The notes under the pieces are model-generated. The model saw only the letters and a list, made by a program, of their open reading frames with translations, made no database searches and was not told the DNA's origin. From Eledone cirrhosa (Eukaryota), in contig OZ024742.1 of assembly GCA_964016885.1 (NCBI GenBank), positions 154,690,001-154,754,000 on the forward strand: a DNA stretch of 64,000 nt. The letters are read 5' to 3'. The translations under genes were made by a program, and so were the position numbers. Numbering within the stretch: position 1 is the stretch's first letter; every line of letters begins with the position of its first letter. This document shows, piece after piece, positions 12,704 to 25,194 of this stretch.

Positions 12704-12742
12704 TGAACCTGAAGATTGCGAAAGCATGAAAGTACTTGTTCA
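12704..12742 (+). ncRNA. Minimal type-I hammerhead ribozyme
   Basis: TGAAC-CTGAAGA-T-TGC-GAAA-GCA-T-GAAA-GTAC-TT-GTTCA: 5-bp stem I, GNRA-capped stem II, palindromic stem III. Confidence 0.9.
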
Positions 12743-12916
12743 ATTAACACTTAGAATTTAATATTCTATCATACTATTTCATTATAATACCATTATATAT
12801 TTTAAAGTATTGTAAATAAAACGAGTAAATCAGACAAAGTTGGAATTCCTCTTATTAATATAATCTTCTATACACAATCATACACACCCGTGTATATTTA
12901 CCTATCTATATCTATA

Positions 12917-12974
<58 letters not shown>

Positions 12975-12976
<2 letters not shown>

Positions 12977-14552
12977 CGATATTAACAAATGGAAACTATA
13001 TTTATAAAACCATATTTATTTCATTATACATATTTCAAGGACACCAAGTTAAATTATGGTGTGCTTTCATCAGATAAAATATAATATAGAGTAGTTTTAT
13101 AAATAAATATTGACATAACCTTAGAGAATGCGACCATTACTGTTGGAAGCTCCCGGATAGTGGGGTTATAAATTTATTTATACTATTATGTAAATTAGTA
13201 TTGGATAATTTTAAATGAGAGTAGATTTAAATAAGCCGTTGGGTTACGGAAAAAGAAAGAGAGAGAGAGAGAGATGAACAAGAGAGAGAAAAAGAGAGAG
13301 ATATAAAAAAGAGAAAAAAGAGAAAACATCTTCAACTTCTCTATCTAGCTTATTATTGGACCTCAAATTAAAGAACGTTAAATATTCGTTGCTTTGGAAT
13401 ATTATTTCAAAAGCTACTCTTTTAACTCATCTTCAGAAAATTGTGATCTTTGTATAGAGGAAATATTCTTTATATTAAAGACCAAATATTCCCTGAACCT
13501 AAGGAACAATTTATTCACTTGCTGCAGACATAGATTGACCTCAACGTTTAAATATAAATTTAAAATGTAATATTTAACTAATTAATTCTATTAATATATT
13601 GAACCTATCGATATATCATTAGATTCCTTCTTTTGACTGCTTAAACTCTCAAGTAAAACACATTTTTCTTCCTGAATATAAATAGATATAAAAAACTCTT
13701 CCAGAGAAACATACTGAAAGCTCTTAAAAGGGGAAAATATTATTTGATAGTTTCTCCTATTTTTGAAAGTTTCTCTTTTGAAAGTTTATCTTTCTTTCTC
13801 TTATAGCTATAAAATTAAGTTAAACATACGAAGAAAATGTTTATGCTGAATCTATTAAACATATTATTATTTTAAAAGTATAACTTGAAATATTCTATAT
13901 TATTTTAAAATTATATTGATTAAAGTTATATTGCTTATAATTATTTCCAAATCGTATTAATTTTATTTTATTTTATTTTATTTTATTTTATATAATATAT
14001 ATTATGTACTTCAACTATACTATGTACTGTATTTATATATATCTCTCTCTACATATATGTGTGTGTATATATATATATATATGTATGTATATATATTTAT
14101 GTGCGTGTATGTATGTATATGTATATGTGTGATGCATATCTACCTATATGTGTAGATACGTCTATGTGTATATATGTAGGGATTGTGTGTATATATATAT
14201 ATATATGCATACAATTCGATTGCACTAGGTTATAAGGATTTTCTTAAGGTTCGTGATAAACAAACCTATATAATATCAGTCACAACTACATAACAGGTGG
14301 ATTTATTAGATATAAAACTTATATAACATAAAGTGTGTATAACCTAAAATTTTCTTTAATATCTTAACATTTTCCATTCATCATTATTTACATTTCGCTA
14401 TTCATCCATTAATATTTATTCTTTCACTTCATCTCAAATGTTAAGAAAACTCAACAATCTATCACTTAGAGCTTTCGCTTTCTCTTTCCTTTTCCTCTCT
14501 CTCTCTCCCTTTTCTTATTTTCTGCTTAAAGGTTCGCTCTCTTTTCTCTTTT

Positions 14553-14632
<80 letters not shown>

Positions 14633-14734
14633 CCGTTAATATCGTATGTTTACTCCAATTATTTGTTGCGTGCTTTATATCAGTTATAAACATATTTGCT
14701 TGTTGTATCCCAACAATTTAAATAGAACTTCTAC
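12975..14734 (+). mobile_element. Family B PLE, 5'-truncated with inverted 5' arm
   Basis: An inverted pLTR arm starts at 12975. A GIY-YIG C-terminal remnant (~13385-13570: CDLCIEEIFFILKTKYSLNLRNNLFTCCRHR..YKFKM) matches 27690-27856, and the 3' tail 14635-14734 matches 29390-29491. Confidence 0.85.
13018..13080 (-). ncRNA. Type-I hammerhead ribozyme (family B variant)
   Basis: Minus strand: ATTTTAT-CTGATGA-AAG.ACACCA...TGGTGT.CTT-GAAA-TATGTA-TA-ATGAAAT. Confidence 0.85.
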
Positions 14735-14767
14735 ATATATATATAGAGAGAGAGAGAAAGAGAGAGC

Positions 14768-14862
<95 letters not shown>

Positions 14863-15549
14863 TAATATGTAAAATATCGACTGCGGCAACAAGCGGCTTC
14901 GGCTTGTGTGTTCAGCAACCATTTTCTAGTCTACACCTTTTAAAAGGCTTGCTGAACACACAAGTTGAAACCTCTTCCCCCATCTCCCCATGCATCATGT
15001 ACTCCCACGATTAGAGGTCTCCTCAGTCTCATTAGCGCAGTTTCTCTCTCTCTCTCTATCTCTATCTATCTATCTATCTCTCTATCTCTATCTCCCTCTC
15101 TGTGCATGTTTTTCTGATTGTCTGATTGCTGCACGCAAAACACAATATTTATGATGAAATAATACTTTCTTTTAAGTCGAAATTGTGGAAAATGCTTTAT
15201 TTTTTTAATTGCTCGTTCCAAGACCATCAAATAAATAATGTTCACGGTCCTCCTCTAAAACATTACATTTCCAATATTCCAACATCAGAAAACCATTATA
15301 CTATATTCTACTAGCTTCATTAATTTTGGATATGTATAAACGTGCATGAGAGCGAAATAATGTTTTTTAAGTACTAATCACTAATCGGTTGCCTTCCTAA
15401 TTATTCTTCGAAAGATCCACCTATCTCCAAGAAATGGGCACTTGAATGCTTAATGGAAAGTATCTTCCATTACAAATTGTTTGATAATTCAGCATATGAA
15501 ATAATATTCAGGCTTCATCAATCCTCCAATGATAGTGTGAAGATATTTA

Positions 15550-15960
15550 TGCTGGCTCACGACTTTTCACAAATTTCATTTTATTATATACAGTTTTCAC
15601 AAAAAAAACTGACACGTTTTTTTTCTTTATCCTCCTGATATCATACCCAGTAACTCATGTTGAATTGTCTGACAACAAGGTTTTTGTGGCTAAGATTGAT
15701 AATTTAGAGAACTATTTCGTATCAAAATATTACGTTTAAAATTACGAAATTTCTCTGTTAATCAGTTTTTGTCTTATTTGAATACGTGACAACAACAACT
15801 GATCTGTGCAGTCCCTTCTAGAATGTTCTGTTCTCAATCGCTGCAAGGCTGGAAAAATCGCTAACATCATGACTAACATTCAATCCCCTATTTAGAGTTT
15901 GATAAAGCGCATTCGTTGAAGTTGGAGCCAGGGATAATTTGTTTTTATTACAACAATTAG
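15550..15960 (-). mobile_element. Possible very old hAT (Charlie-like) transposase remnant
   Basis: Minus-strand peptide FSKLSILATKTLLSDNST..IKKK.R loosely resembles the hAT C-terminal dimerisation domain; highly decayed. Confidence 0.3.
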
Positions 15961-16415
15961 TTCCTCAAATGTCGTTGAGTATCCAATAAAGAAAATATTT
16001 TAATATATATTCTATTTTAGTAGTGCATCCCAGTGTCAATGACTGTCAGTGTGTCCGTGCGTGTGTGTAACATTGTGTGTGAGTGTGTGTGTCTGTATTT
16101 TAGTGGGCACTCGTATTGGTGTGTGATTTAAATTGACAATCACATACCATATAATGTATAGTAATATAAGTATACGTTAAATGTTGGTAAATGAAACAAA
16201 ATATATCACACTATTGTTAAGTGGAAGGAATGTTCCTTTTAGTTGTGTAAATTATTTTATTCGGTATTTAGTTGTAGTTTAGATGTTGCATATATGGAAT
16301 ATGAATCACAAATCTACACATACACATATCGACACAGCTACACACGCACGTATATATTTAATAATGAACGTAATATAGATTTAAGAACCAATCTATCTAT
16401 CACCCTCATACAAGG

Positions 16416-16469
<54 letters not shown>

Positions 16470-19400
16470 TCATTCACACATACATACTTATACACGTTTA
16501 TATATTTTTATATGAGGAATTGAAATAATGTGGGTATGATTATTTTGAGAAGTCGGCATAATTGAAAAGAGGAAACTAAAGTAAACTAACAAAACGAAGA
16601 CACAAAAACACAGCTGTAATGTCTATTTTTCTCAAACAATCCACTTACCAGTTTATTATTCAGATCATAGCAAATATGTTCCTTCCTTCTTCGTGTTCTA
16701 TATTTTCCCTTGCTTCTCATGTTCACTGAGACCATGTTGTCAATTCTCGGGAATTATCTATTTAACTTCCATCTTTGCGGCGATCATTTTTTATGTCATA
16801 TCTCTTATATCCCTCTACAACAACGTGATTTGATAGAGTTTACCGTATTATATGTCTCCACAAGCTGAAGCCATATTGAATTACGGAAAGGATCCTCAAC
16901 CAAAAACTAAGATTCTTTATATTCATCGTTAGCAAAATGTGGGTGTTATTTCTATATCTTCGTAATACTGCTCTTCCTCTGTCATATAATCTTCGACATT
17001 TTAGCTAGCTGATTCTTAAAGATCATACATCGAATATTTAGATTAGATTCATTGCGAAACATGTTGCAACGACATTTGTTCATTATATAGGTCATCATAT
17101 TACTTATTCCGATTGTATTATTCGTCTTTATGAGAAATTTTTTAAACCCTGGTAGAGAAAGTTCACATACAAAAATATTGTTCCGCATATCATATCTTGA
17201 GCAGTGCTTCGTAGGCTGTTCTTTCTATATATCGAATTCAAACGCGAGAATCTAACATGTTCAGGTTAGTTTTCGCAGCTAAATTTCACCCCTATATCAT
17301 TGCTGGGTCATTACTCTTTATCCTTCTTCTCTCTAGATATTTCCCGTGGGTGTTGTTTAGCAGAACATTACCTACACGTTCACACTTTTAGGTATACACA
17401 TAGAAGGAATGGTCTTCCTTCAAATATTCTTTCGTTCAAAATTGCTGAATTTTCTACTATGGATATATGCTTATATAAAAGGTTATATGCGCAAGCGTTT
17501 AACCGTGGAGAATTCCCTCACTGATGAAATTATTTTTTAAATATTTTTTACCCATCCTTTTCTAATTTCAAGAACGGCGCCCCATCATATTTTCTTTATT
17601 ATTTATGGTGACTCCTAACCCATTCAGGGAATATAATTGCCGCCATAATAGGAAATATTGTCATGTGAGATTTCAAGAAGCTGGGTCTGCTATTCTTGTA
17701 TATTATATGGATAAACCTGTATGTATTTGTGTATCTATTTGCTGTATCTGGTGAGTGATATCTGATTTTACATAGATATTTGTTTCCTCACTTTTACTGT
17801 AAGATATTTTCTGATAATATAATCCACTATGACTAGTGTATGCTTCTACTAGTTCTGCTCTGTTGCTCGTGCTTTTAATCGCACATTTTTATATTTTCTA
17901 TGAAACAAAACACTTGAATATAAATATTATTTTGTGAAGCATGAAATATGATAAAGAACGAAGAGATATATGCAATTGAAACACTACTAAGAATAGTATG
18001 GAGTCATTCCACTCCCTCTAGGAATAGAATTGTATTGTCTTCGTCGCGTTTGTCGATGCAAGATCAAAGACCAATATTTCACTCCTATTTGCTAGCTGCC
18101 TTTTATTTTTCTTTCTATTTCATATCACTTTTTAAAACTATATCATCTATATAACCATTAGATTGAAAGAAGTACAGACATTAAATGTGTTATGTTGACG
18201 CCTTCTTGAATGACATTAACGACAAGTAAATGTTCCAGGGGGCTTGAAACATAAACTTCAAAATAAGCGCTACATTTCTTCACATGAATATAGTCCATCA
18301 GAATTATTGTTAGAATATATACAATATATTTTCTTAAGAATAGAACGTATATTTCTTTCTTTTTTTCTTCTTATTATGAATATTCACCATTTACAATGTC
18401 GAACACCATTTGAATAACCAGATGTTACTATTATATGCCCACTCGCTGTTTAGTCAAATCTCAATAAGGGTAACAAATACAGTGAGGTATGGCATACGTA
18501 TTATAAATAAAGTATTTACACTAAGTATGATAAACATTAACACAATTACAAAATGTTCATATGTATATATATATATACATTACCATAATTTTCATAATTA
18601 CTCCATATATGAAATAATAGATTATTACCACCAATCTAAATTTGAATGTCAACAGACATTGATGTTGTTAGAACAGTGTTAAACTTTTCAGTATGTTTCT
18701 ACTGAGATGAGACCAAGTCTACCTGGTTTGGGTCAGGAATATTAGCATACTTAAAAGCTGGGGACAATATTATATATATACGTTATATTAAAATGCATTT
18801 AGTCTCACTGAAGAAAAATAGACAACCACTTGCTATTCCAATTATATTCTTTTGTAGAAGTGATTCAATGAAAAGCTCCAATAAATGTGTCTGCTTGCAT
18901 TCATTTATATGCCAATTTCTTTTAATAAGTGACGGGCAATTCATGGAAAGCTTGACTGCTATTCTTAAGATGTCAAGCAACTCTCTATATGACCTTGCTC
19001 TTGTGTAATTTCTATCGAATTTAATCTCGGAGAAATATCAAAAATAACACTTTTCATTCTGATAACGTTATCATGATAATGCGTGTGAGATAAATAACAT
19101 GTAGCAGTGAGGGAATAATCAATTTTGTTTTTATAACGCCAGGACGACAACATGTTAATGTGAATAACAAAATTAGTCCAGCTGTTTGTCTTCGCTTTAC
19201 TGAAATGAATTCAGCTGCAGCATGGTCATAAGAGTATTATTTACCTTCAAATGGTATTCTTTTTTAGACGAAATCCAGCTGCATAACAGCTGTAAATAGT
19301 TCAGGTTTTCTATTAAGTAGAGGCAAAATGAATATAACAATTCGTAGCGGAATTTCAAAATAACAAATTAATAAAAAAAATAGCAATGCGTTATAGAATC

Positions 19401-20850
19401 CAGATCGAATCCAATTAAATCTATAACATTAGGCCTACTATTATATAGTCGAAATGTGTATAACTTGAACCTATTTAATCGAAATTATAAACGTTTCAGT
19501 CAATTCTCCATGTTCAAAACCATTGTTGCTGCTTCAATTTAAATAGGCTTGCCTTTGTGTTTAAGTTGATTTCTACAAAATCACCTTACGGATTTGATTC
19601 CACTGTGCGACAGCCTAACCAAATACCTTCAACTACAGCCTAGGTTCACTTCCACACCTTGTGAGAAAAAATTAATATACGGAAACTATATGAGAATCAA
19701 TTAACTGTGATAAAGTATGATGGGTCTCAGCAAGAACATGGTCATTGCACTTCCTCTAACTAAATCATAAAATATAACAAAATGAAATTCTAACAATTAA
19801 TACACTTCTGTAACATTATGTGAAACTACATATATATGATTAGTTCTTACATTTCTGTAGCTCCAGGTAACTTCTTATGAGAGTTGGACAACTTTGTTGC
19901 CTGTTAAATGTAACAATTATGTTAGTGGTAATTATTTAATTCAGTCATGTTATATGAATTAAGACGAATTCACTTTTGAATATAAGCTACGTTAAAACTA
20001 GTTCAATAGGGGGTTCCCTACTCAAGCATTCTGTTTGTTAGAAATAATACATGACAAACACCTCTCCAATCACACAATAGCGATTTAAAAATAGATACAT
20101 TCGATAACACAGTTTGTAGAGCACTGTCTGAAGTAAAAACAAAAATATAGGATGGTAGTTGCTGAAATGGTTTTCGCTCACAGACCAATGCTGTCAGAGT
20201 GAATCTGTGACTCAATGAGAGACTCACTCAGCTTGAAATGAATATCTAATGTGAGAGTCTATTCCTCAAATTCAAATAAAATATAACGAATTCGTTATGG
20301 TGGATTACAAGACGTAGCAAATTTTGTTTTCCGTAGAGAATGTTTTTGTTCTTTAATACCTTTCTTTTAATATTCACACTTAGGGTCCAAAAAACGTAAA
20401 TACATGAATATCGAATCAATATAATGGATTTCAAGACTAAGTAAACATCTCACTTAAAATATATGTGTTTTGGGATTTCCAAATTGAAACATTTCCCCAA
20501 ATATTAAATTTATATTCATGCATGACCACGTGTATGTATCTCAGATGTATAAGTATGTAGACGTTCTTGTATATGATGTATGCACGCATGTGTATGTTTG
20601 TAGTCTCAAGACTGCATAATGACATAGGTATCATATGGGCAATGATGGACGGTAATCTGAAAAAAGAAATGAAATAGTACTGGTGAGATGAAAGATTGTG
20701 TTTGACAAAATTGTTATCTCCAATTACAGGCTTCAATTCAAGGATCTACGACACACTGATGATTAGATATTTAAATAAATAATTTATGTTATATATCTAT
20801 ATATAAATATATATATATATATATATAGGTGCGTGTATGTGTGGTGGATG

Positions 20851-20911
<61 letters not shown>

Positions 20912-20946
20912 CTATGTATATATGTGTGGTGGATATATGTATATGT

Positions 20947-21125
<179 letters not shown>

Positions 21126-22117
21126 GTGGGTGCGCGTTGTAGAGAATGAGAACAAGATGAAGAAGTAGAAGTAAAAACGAAAAAAAAGAAGAACAAATAA
21201 GAAAAAGAAGAAAAGCTAAAAAGAAAGTTGATGATGATGATAACGACGACAATGCCAATGATGATAATAATGTTGTTGTTGAGGAAATGGGCTAGAAGAC
21301 ATGAGATGAGAGTCATGAAAATGGGTAAACAACATCAAAACAATGTTAACCTGTAATTTGAAGTGTAAGAAACGAGAGTAAATAATTAAATACAAACAGT
21401 ATACTGTATACTGACGAAGTGAATAAAGGATGAGACGTAAAATTTAAAATGACAAATGAAAATAAGTGCTTAGTATGCTGTTGTAACACTTGAAGTATAA
21501 TTTTCATTCGTGCGTGTGTTTTGTAAAAGTATCATGTCAAACGCCAAACACATCAAATGCAAAAATAATAAAATAGAAAGGGAAATATGTTGACATGTAT
21601 GATTCGATAGGCATACACACACATGAATATATGTAAGAGTAAAAACTGTGTGTCTGTGTGAGTATTTAGTTGCATATTAAATCAAGAAAGAAATACAAGG
21701 TAAATACAGACACACACACATATACATATACATAAATATGTATGTGTGTGTGTGTTTCATATCTGTATTTGTTGGTATTCGTTTGGATTATGTATGTTTA
21801 TATATAGTTTTATACAAAGAAACGCGCTTATTATCTGAATACACTGTTTGGAGAAAAAGCATACGAATAGATGACAGACATTGTGAGTGATGTATAATCA
21901 AAGCCATGAATAAAACAGTATTAGGAAACCTGTTTTATTGAATCAATGATTTAACATTTCATTGCAATTATCTTGTAAACAATAATGAGGGGACAGAGTG
22001 TGATAAATGCAGATTTTCTGAAGAATTAATATGAGAATTACGAAATAGATTTTAGACTGTCAGACTCTAAGGTATCAATTGTTACATGATTTTTCTTTCT
22101 TCTTCTACTTGTTCCAG

Positions 22118-22224
22118 AAAAGATTGTGAGGGCGGAGATATTAGTCTCACGTCATTGAAACCCTATCAGAAGCAAGTTTGTCCAAATGATATGGCTGGAT
22201 CCCTGCGAGATAATATGCCCGCTG
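22118..22224 (+). CDS. Candidate internal exon of an unidentified host gene
   Basis: Long polypyrimidine tract ending TTCCAG, 107 nt of more balanced composition with a single open frame (KDCEGGDISLTSLKPYQKQVCPNDMAGSLRDNMPA), then TG|GTTTGC. No homologue recognised. Confidence 0.35.
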
Positions 22225-22502
22225 GTTTGCCTGTAAAATCTATCCAGAGATTCTTTATTTTAACATTCTAACACATATCCATAGTGAACATTCGATGAAA
22301 TGATTTAGCGTTGCTCAGAATCCCTTCAGAGGAACTCCGTTTCGACCACTTGTATTTCATCGTTCGTAACACTGAAATATGACACAACGTGACGTAAATG
22401 TGTAAACTGTTTTATTTATTTTATTATTCCTCTCTATACTAGTTTCTACCACTGGATTTTAAACTGACATTTCCGAAGCAATTCTTACGACGCATTACAT
22501 AA

Positions 22503-22859
22503 TCTCTATATATATTTAACTGAAGATGTGTGTGGGTATGTCCGTACCCACTTAACTTCTACAGTTTCAACCGATTTTTTTCAAATTGGAAACAAACATG
22601 CGTTAAGTCCCGAGGGGTGTTCTGGATTCCCCAAAACCTGAAAATAAATTGTTCAGGTTTTGGAGCTACGTATGTTCTACGGATGAATATGAACACTCAG
22701 AATTGGCACATGTTGAGTACAGGACTGCTGGGGGTAGGAACCCCTTTTGAAAAAAGCCGATGATTTTCTACAAGTATAGTTCTCGAAGCAGCACTGAAGT
22801 ATTGACATAAATGTTATACATGCCTGCTATACACGAGCAATGCCGGGTAACTCTACAAG
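22503..22859 (+). mobile_element. Non-autonomous Helitron-like element (decayed)
   Basis: Starts A|TCTCTATATATAT..CTGAAGATGTGTGT and ends with a GC-rich hairpin remnant (CACGAGCAATGCCGGG) then CAAG|T (CTAG variant). Inserted between A and T. Confidence 0.6.
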
Positions 22860-23064
22860 TGCTTGATAAAAGCAGAACATTATTTAACAGACGCGCTGTG
22901 TCAACAGTTTTTGGTGTACAGTGGTAATTTACGCGATTATCTGAACTATTATTCATATGATCAACTCTTATATTTATTTGCGCTATGACAACCACATTTA
23001 AAAATTCAAATTCCCACAATGTTTCCTAAAAGGATACCAATGTGTATATTCTGTATATATACTA

Positions 23065-23870
23065 TACAAAATCTCTGTTCTCTCGGCCAATGAAGATCTC
23101 TTTAGCGCCTCTGCCTCTTACTACAACGACGCCCTCGCCGGCAGCGGATTTTAAAAAAATGTTACTTATCTAGAACCCCCCCCCACACACACACACACAC
23201 CTTCAATAGAGAGGTTTCAACACCTATAGCTAGGACTTTCTTCAAATTGCTGAATATACACTTCCCCACACAACATAGGTACTACACTATGTTTAATAAA
23301 AATACAATCAGTCTCTCCTACTCCACTACACCTAACCTAGCTAGGAATATAGCCAATATCAACACTACAACATTAAAAAAGCCTACTACCCCCGAACCCA
23401 ATCCCCGGACGGGAGCTTTGTGAAATTGCCAAAATAACGAAGCCTGCCCACTTGAAAATAAATGCCTAACAAATGACATCGTATACAAATGTGATGTCAT
23501 CTCAGGCACTGATAACAACAACAAAAAGAGTTACATCGGTATGACTTCCAAAAATGTTAAGACCGTTGTTATGCCCATACCCACTCTTGCAGAAGAGCGG
23601 GCAAATCAAATAAGACAACAGTCGCCTCCTATGTCTGGGACATCGAGAGGAACTCCACCTCTTTCACGCTTAAATGGAAAATACTCCAGAAAGCACGCTC
23701 ATACTAGGGAGGACACAAGTGCTGCGATCTTTGTATTTCAGAGAGCTACGAAATATTATTTGCCAAAAGCCCGCTACTGAACAGAATCTCTGAACACTGC
23801 TCGAATTGCATGCACAAAATCTTTGCAACTTTCAAATATCTTAAGCCGGTTTTGATGCCACATAGCTAAA
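23065..23870 (+). pseudogene. Decayed PLE thumb/GIY-YIG remnant
   Basis: Frameshifted peptides ASYYNDALAGSG, HFPTQHRYYTMFNKNT..SYSTTPNL, NCQNNEACPLENKCLTNDIVYKCDV..KKSYIGMT. Confidence 0.85.
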
Positions 23871-24098
23871 CAAAATTATTTTTTTTAAAACCTACTCGAC
23901 AAAATATCAACTCCACCCACCCTACTCCTACCCCAATCTCGACCCGCCTCACGGCACTATGGTAATATAAGTACTACTTACCTATCTGCTTTTTCCACAT
24001 GTATAACACATACTTCATTGAATGCATGTATATAAGTATGTGTATATATGTATGTATGTATGTGTGTGTGTATTTGTTTATGTATATATATATATGTA

Positions 24099-24974
24099 CG
24101 AGGTGGTCAGAAAAGTTCCAGGACTGATGTCACAAAAGATTTATTTCAAACCCAAACTGCACACTAAGTGTTTTCTCCTTCAAAGTAATCCCCCTGAAGT
24201 ATGTAACTGTAATCTTAGCCCTCTGCAGCGATCAACTTTTTTCTTCATAGTTTTATATACATGTCTTCTGTTTCAGGTCGTCAAGCAATGAGCACAGAGC
24301 AACGAACAAACTTGAAAACTCCGTCAGAAGCATTGGGATTGCTGCAGCAAGTATATGGAGAAGAGACGATGTCACGCTCACGTGTTTTTGAGTGGTGCAA
24401 GAGTTTTAAAGAAGGACGCGAGGACGTGGAAGATGACCCCAGGAGTGGAAAGCCCTCAACAACCAGGACTGAGGTCTACTTTGAGCGCGTCAGGCAGATG
24501 GAGCATAACGATCGTCGGCTGACTGTTCGACTGATGGCAAATGAGCTGGGCATGAATCGCGACAGCGTCTGGAAGATTATCACTGAAGATTTGGACATGC
24601 GGAATGTCTGCGCGAAGATGGGCCAAAACTGCTGAACGATGACCAGAAGGGTCGACGCATGCAAGTGTGCCAGGACATCCTCAAGCGTCTTGAAACCGAA
24701 CCAGACTTGCTAGGGACAGTCATCACCGGTGATGAGTGATGGATCTTCGAGTACGAACCGGAAGGGACTCGTTTTGAAGACGTGGATGACAACAAAAAGA
24801 CCGTGACGACGGAACTGCGGAGGATCCCGGAAGAATCCTCCAGGAGTGCATGCAAACCTGGCAGCAAAGGATGTAAAAGTGCATTAGACTCCCGGGGGAT
24901 TACTTTCAAGGAGAAAACTATTAGTGTGAAGTTTGGGTTTGAAATAAAACTGTTGTGACATCAGTCCTGCAACG
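24099..24974 (+). mobile_element. Mariner transposon, internally deleted
   Basis: TA-flanked. Inverted ends CGAGG..CAGGACTGATGTCACA..TTTCAAACCCAAACT / AGTTTGGGTTTGAAAT..TGTGACATCAGTCCTG. Mariner HTH (VYGEETMSRSRVFEWCKSFKEGREDVEDDPRSGKPST) and ITGDE*WIFEYEPE are present; the catalytic middle is missing. Confidence 0.92.
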
Positions 24975-25025
24975 TATATGTTTGTGTATATTTATGTGTA
25001 TAGGTATGTGTATATAGTTATATAG

Positions 25026-25089
<64 letters not shown>

Positions 25090-25130
25090 GATATTAAACA
25101 AATGGAAACTATATTTATAAAACCATATTT

Positions 25131-25194
25131 ATTTCATTATATATATTGCAGGGATATCATATTAAAAATATGGTATGTCTTCCTCAGACAAAAT
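25131..25194 (-). ncRNA. Family B hammerhead with core mutation (GAAA to GCAA), predicted inactive
   Basis: Inverted copy of 29296-29359 with an A13C substitution. Confidence 0.8.
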
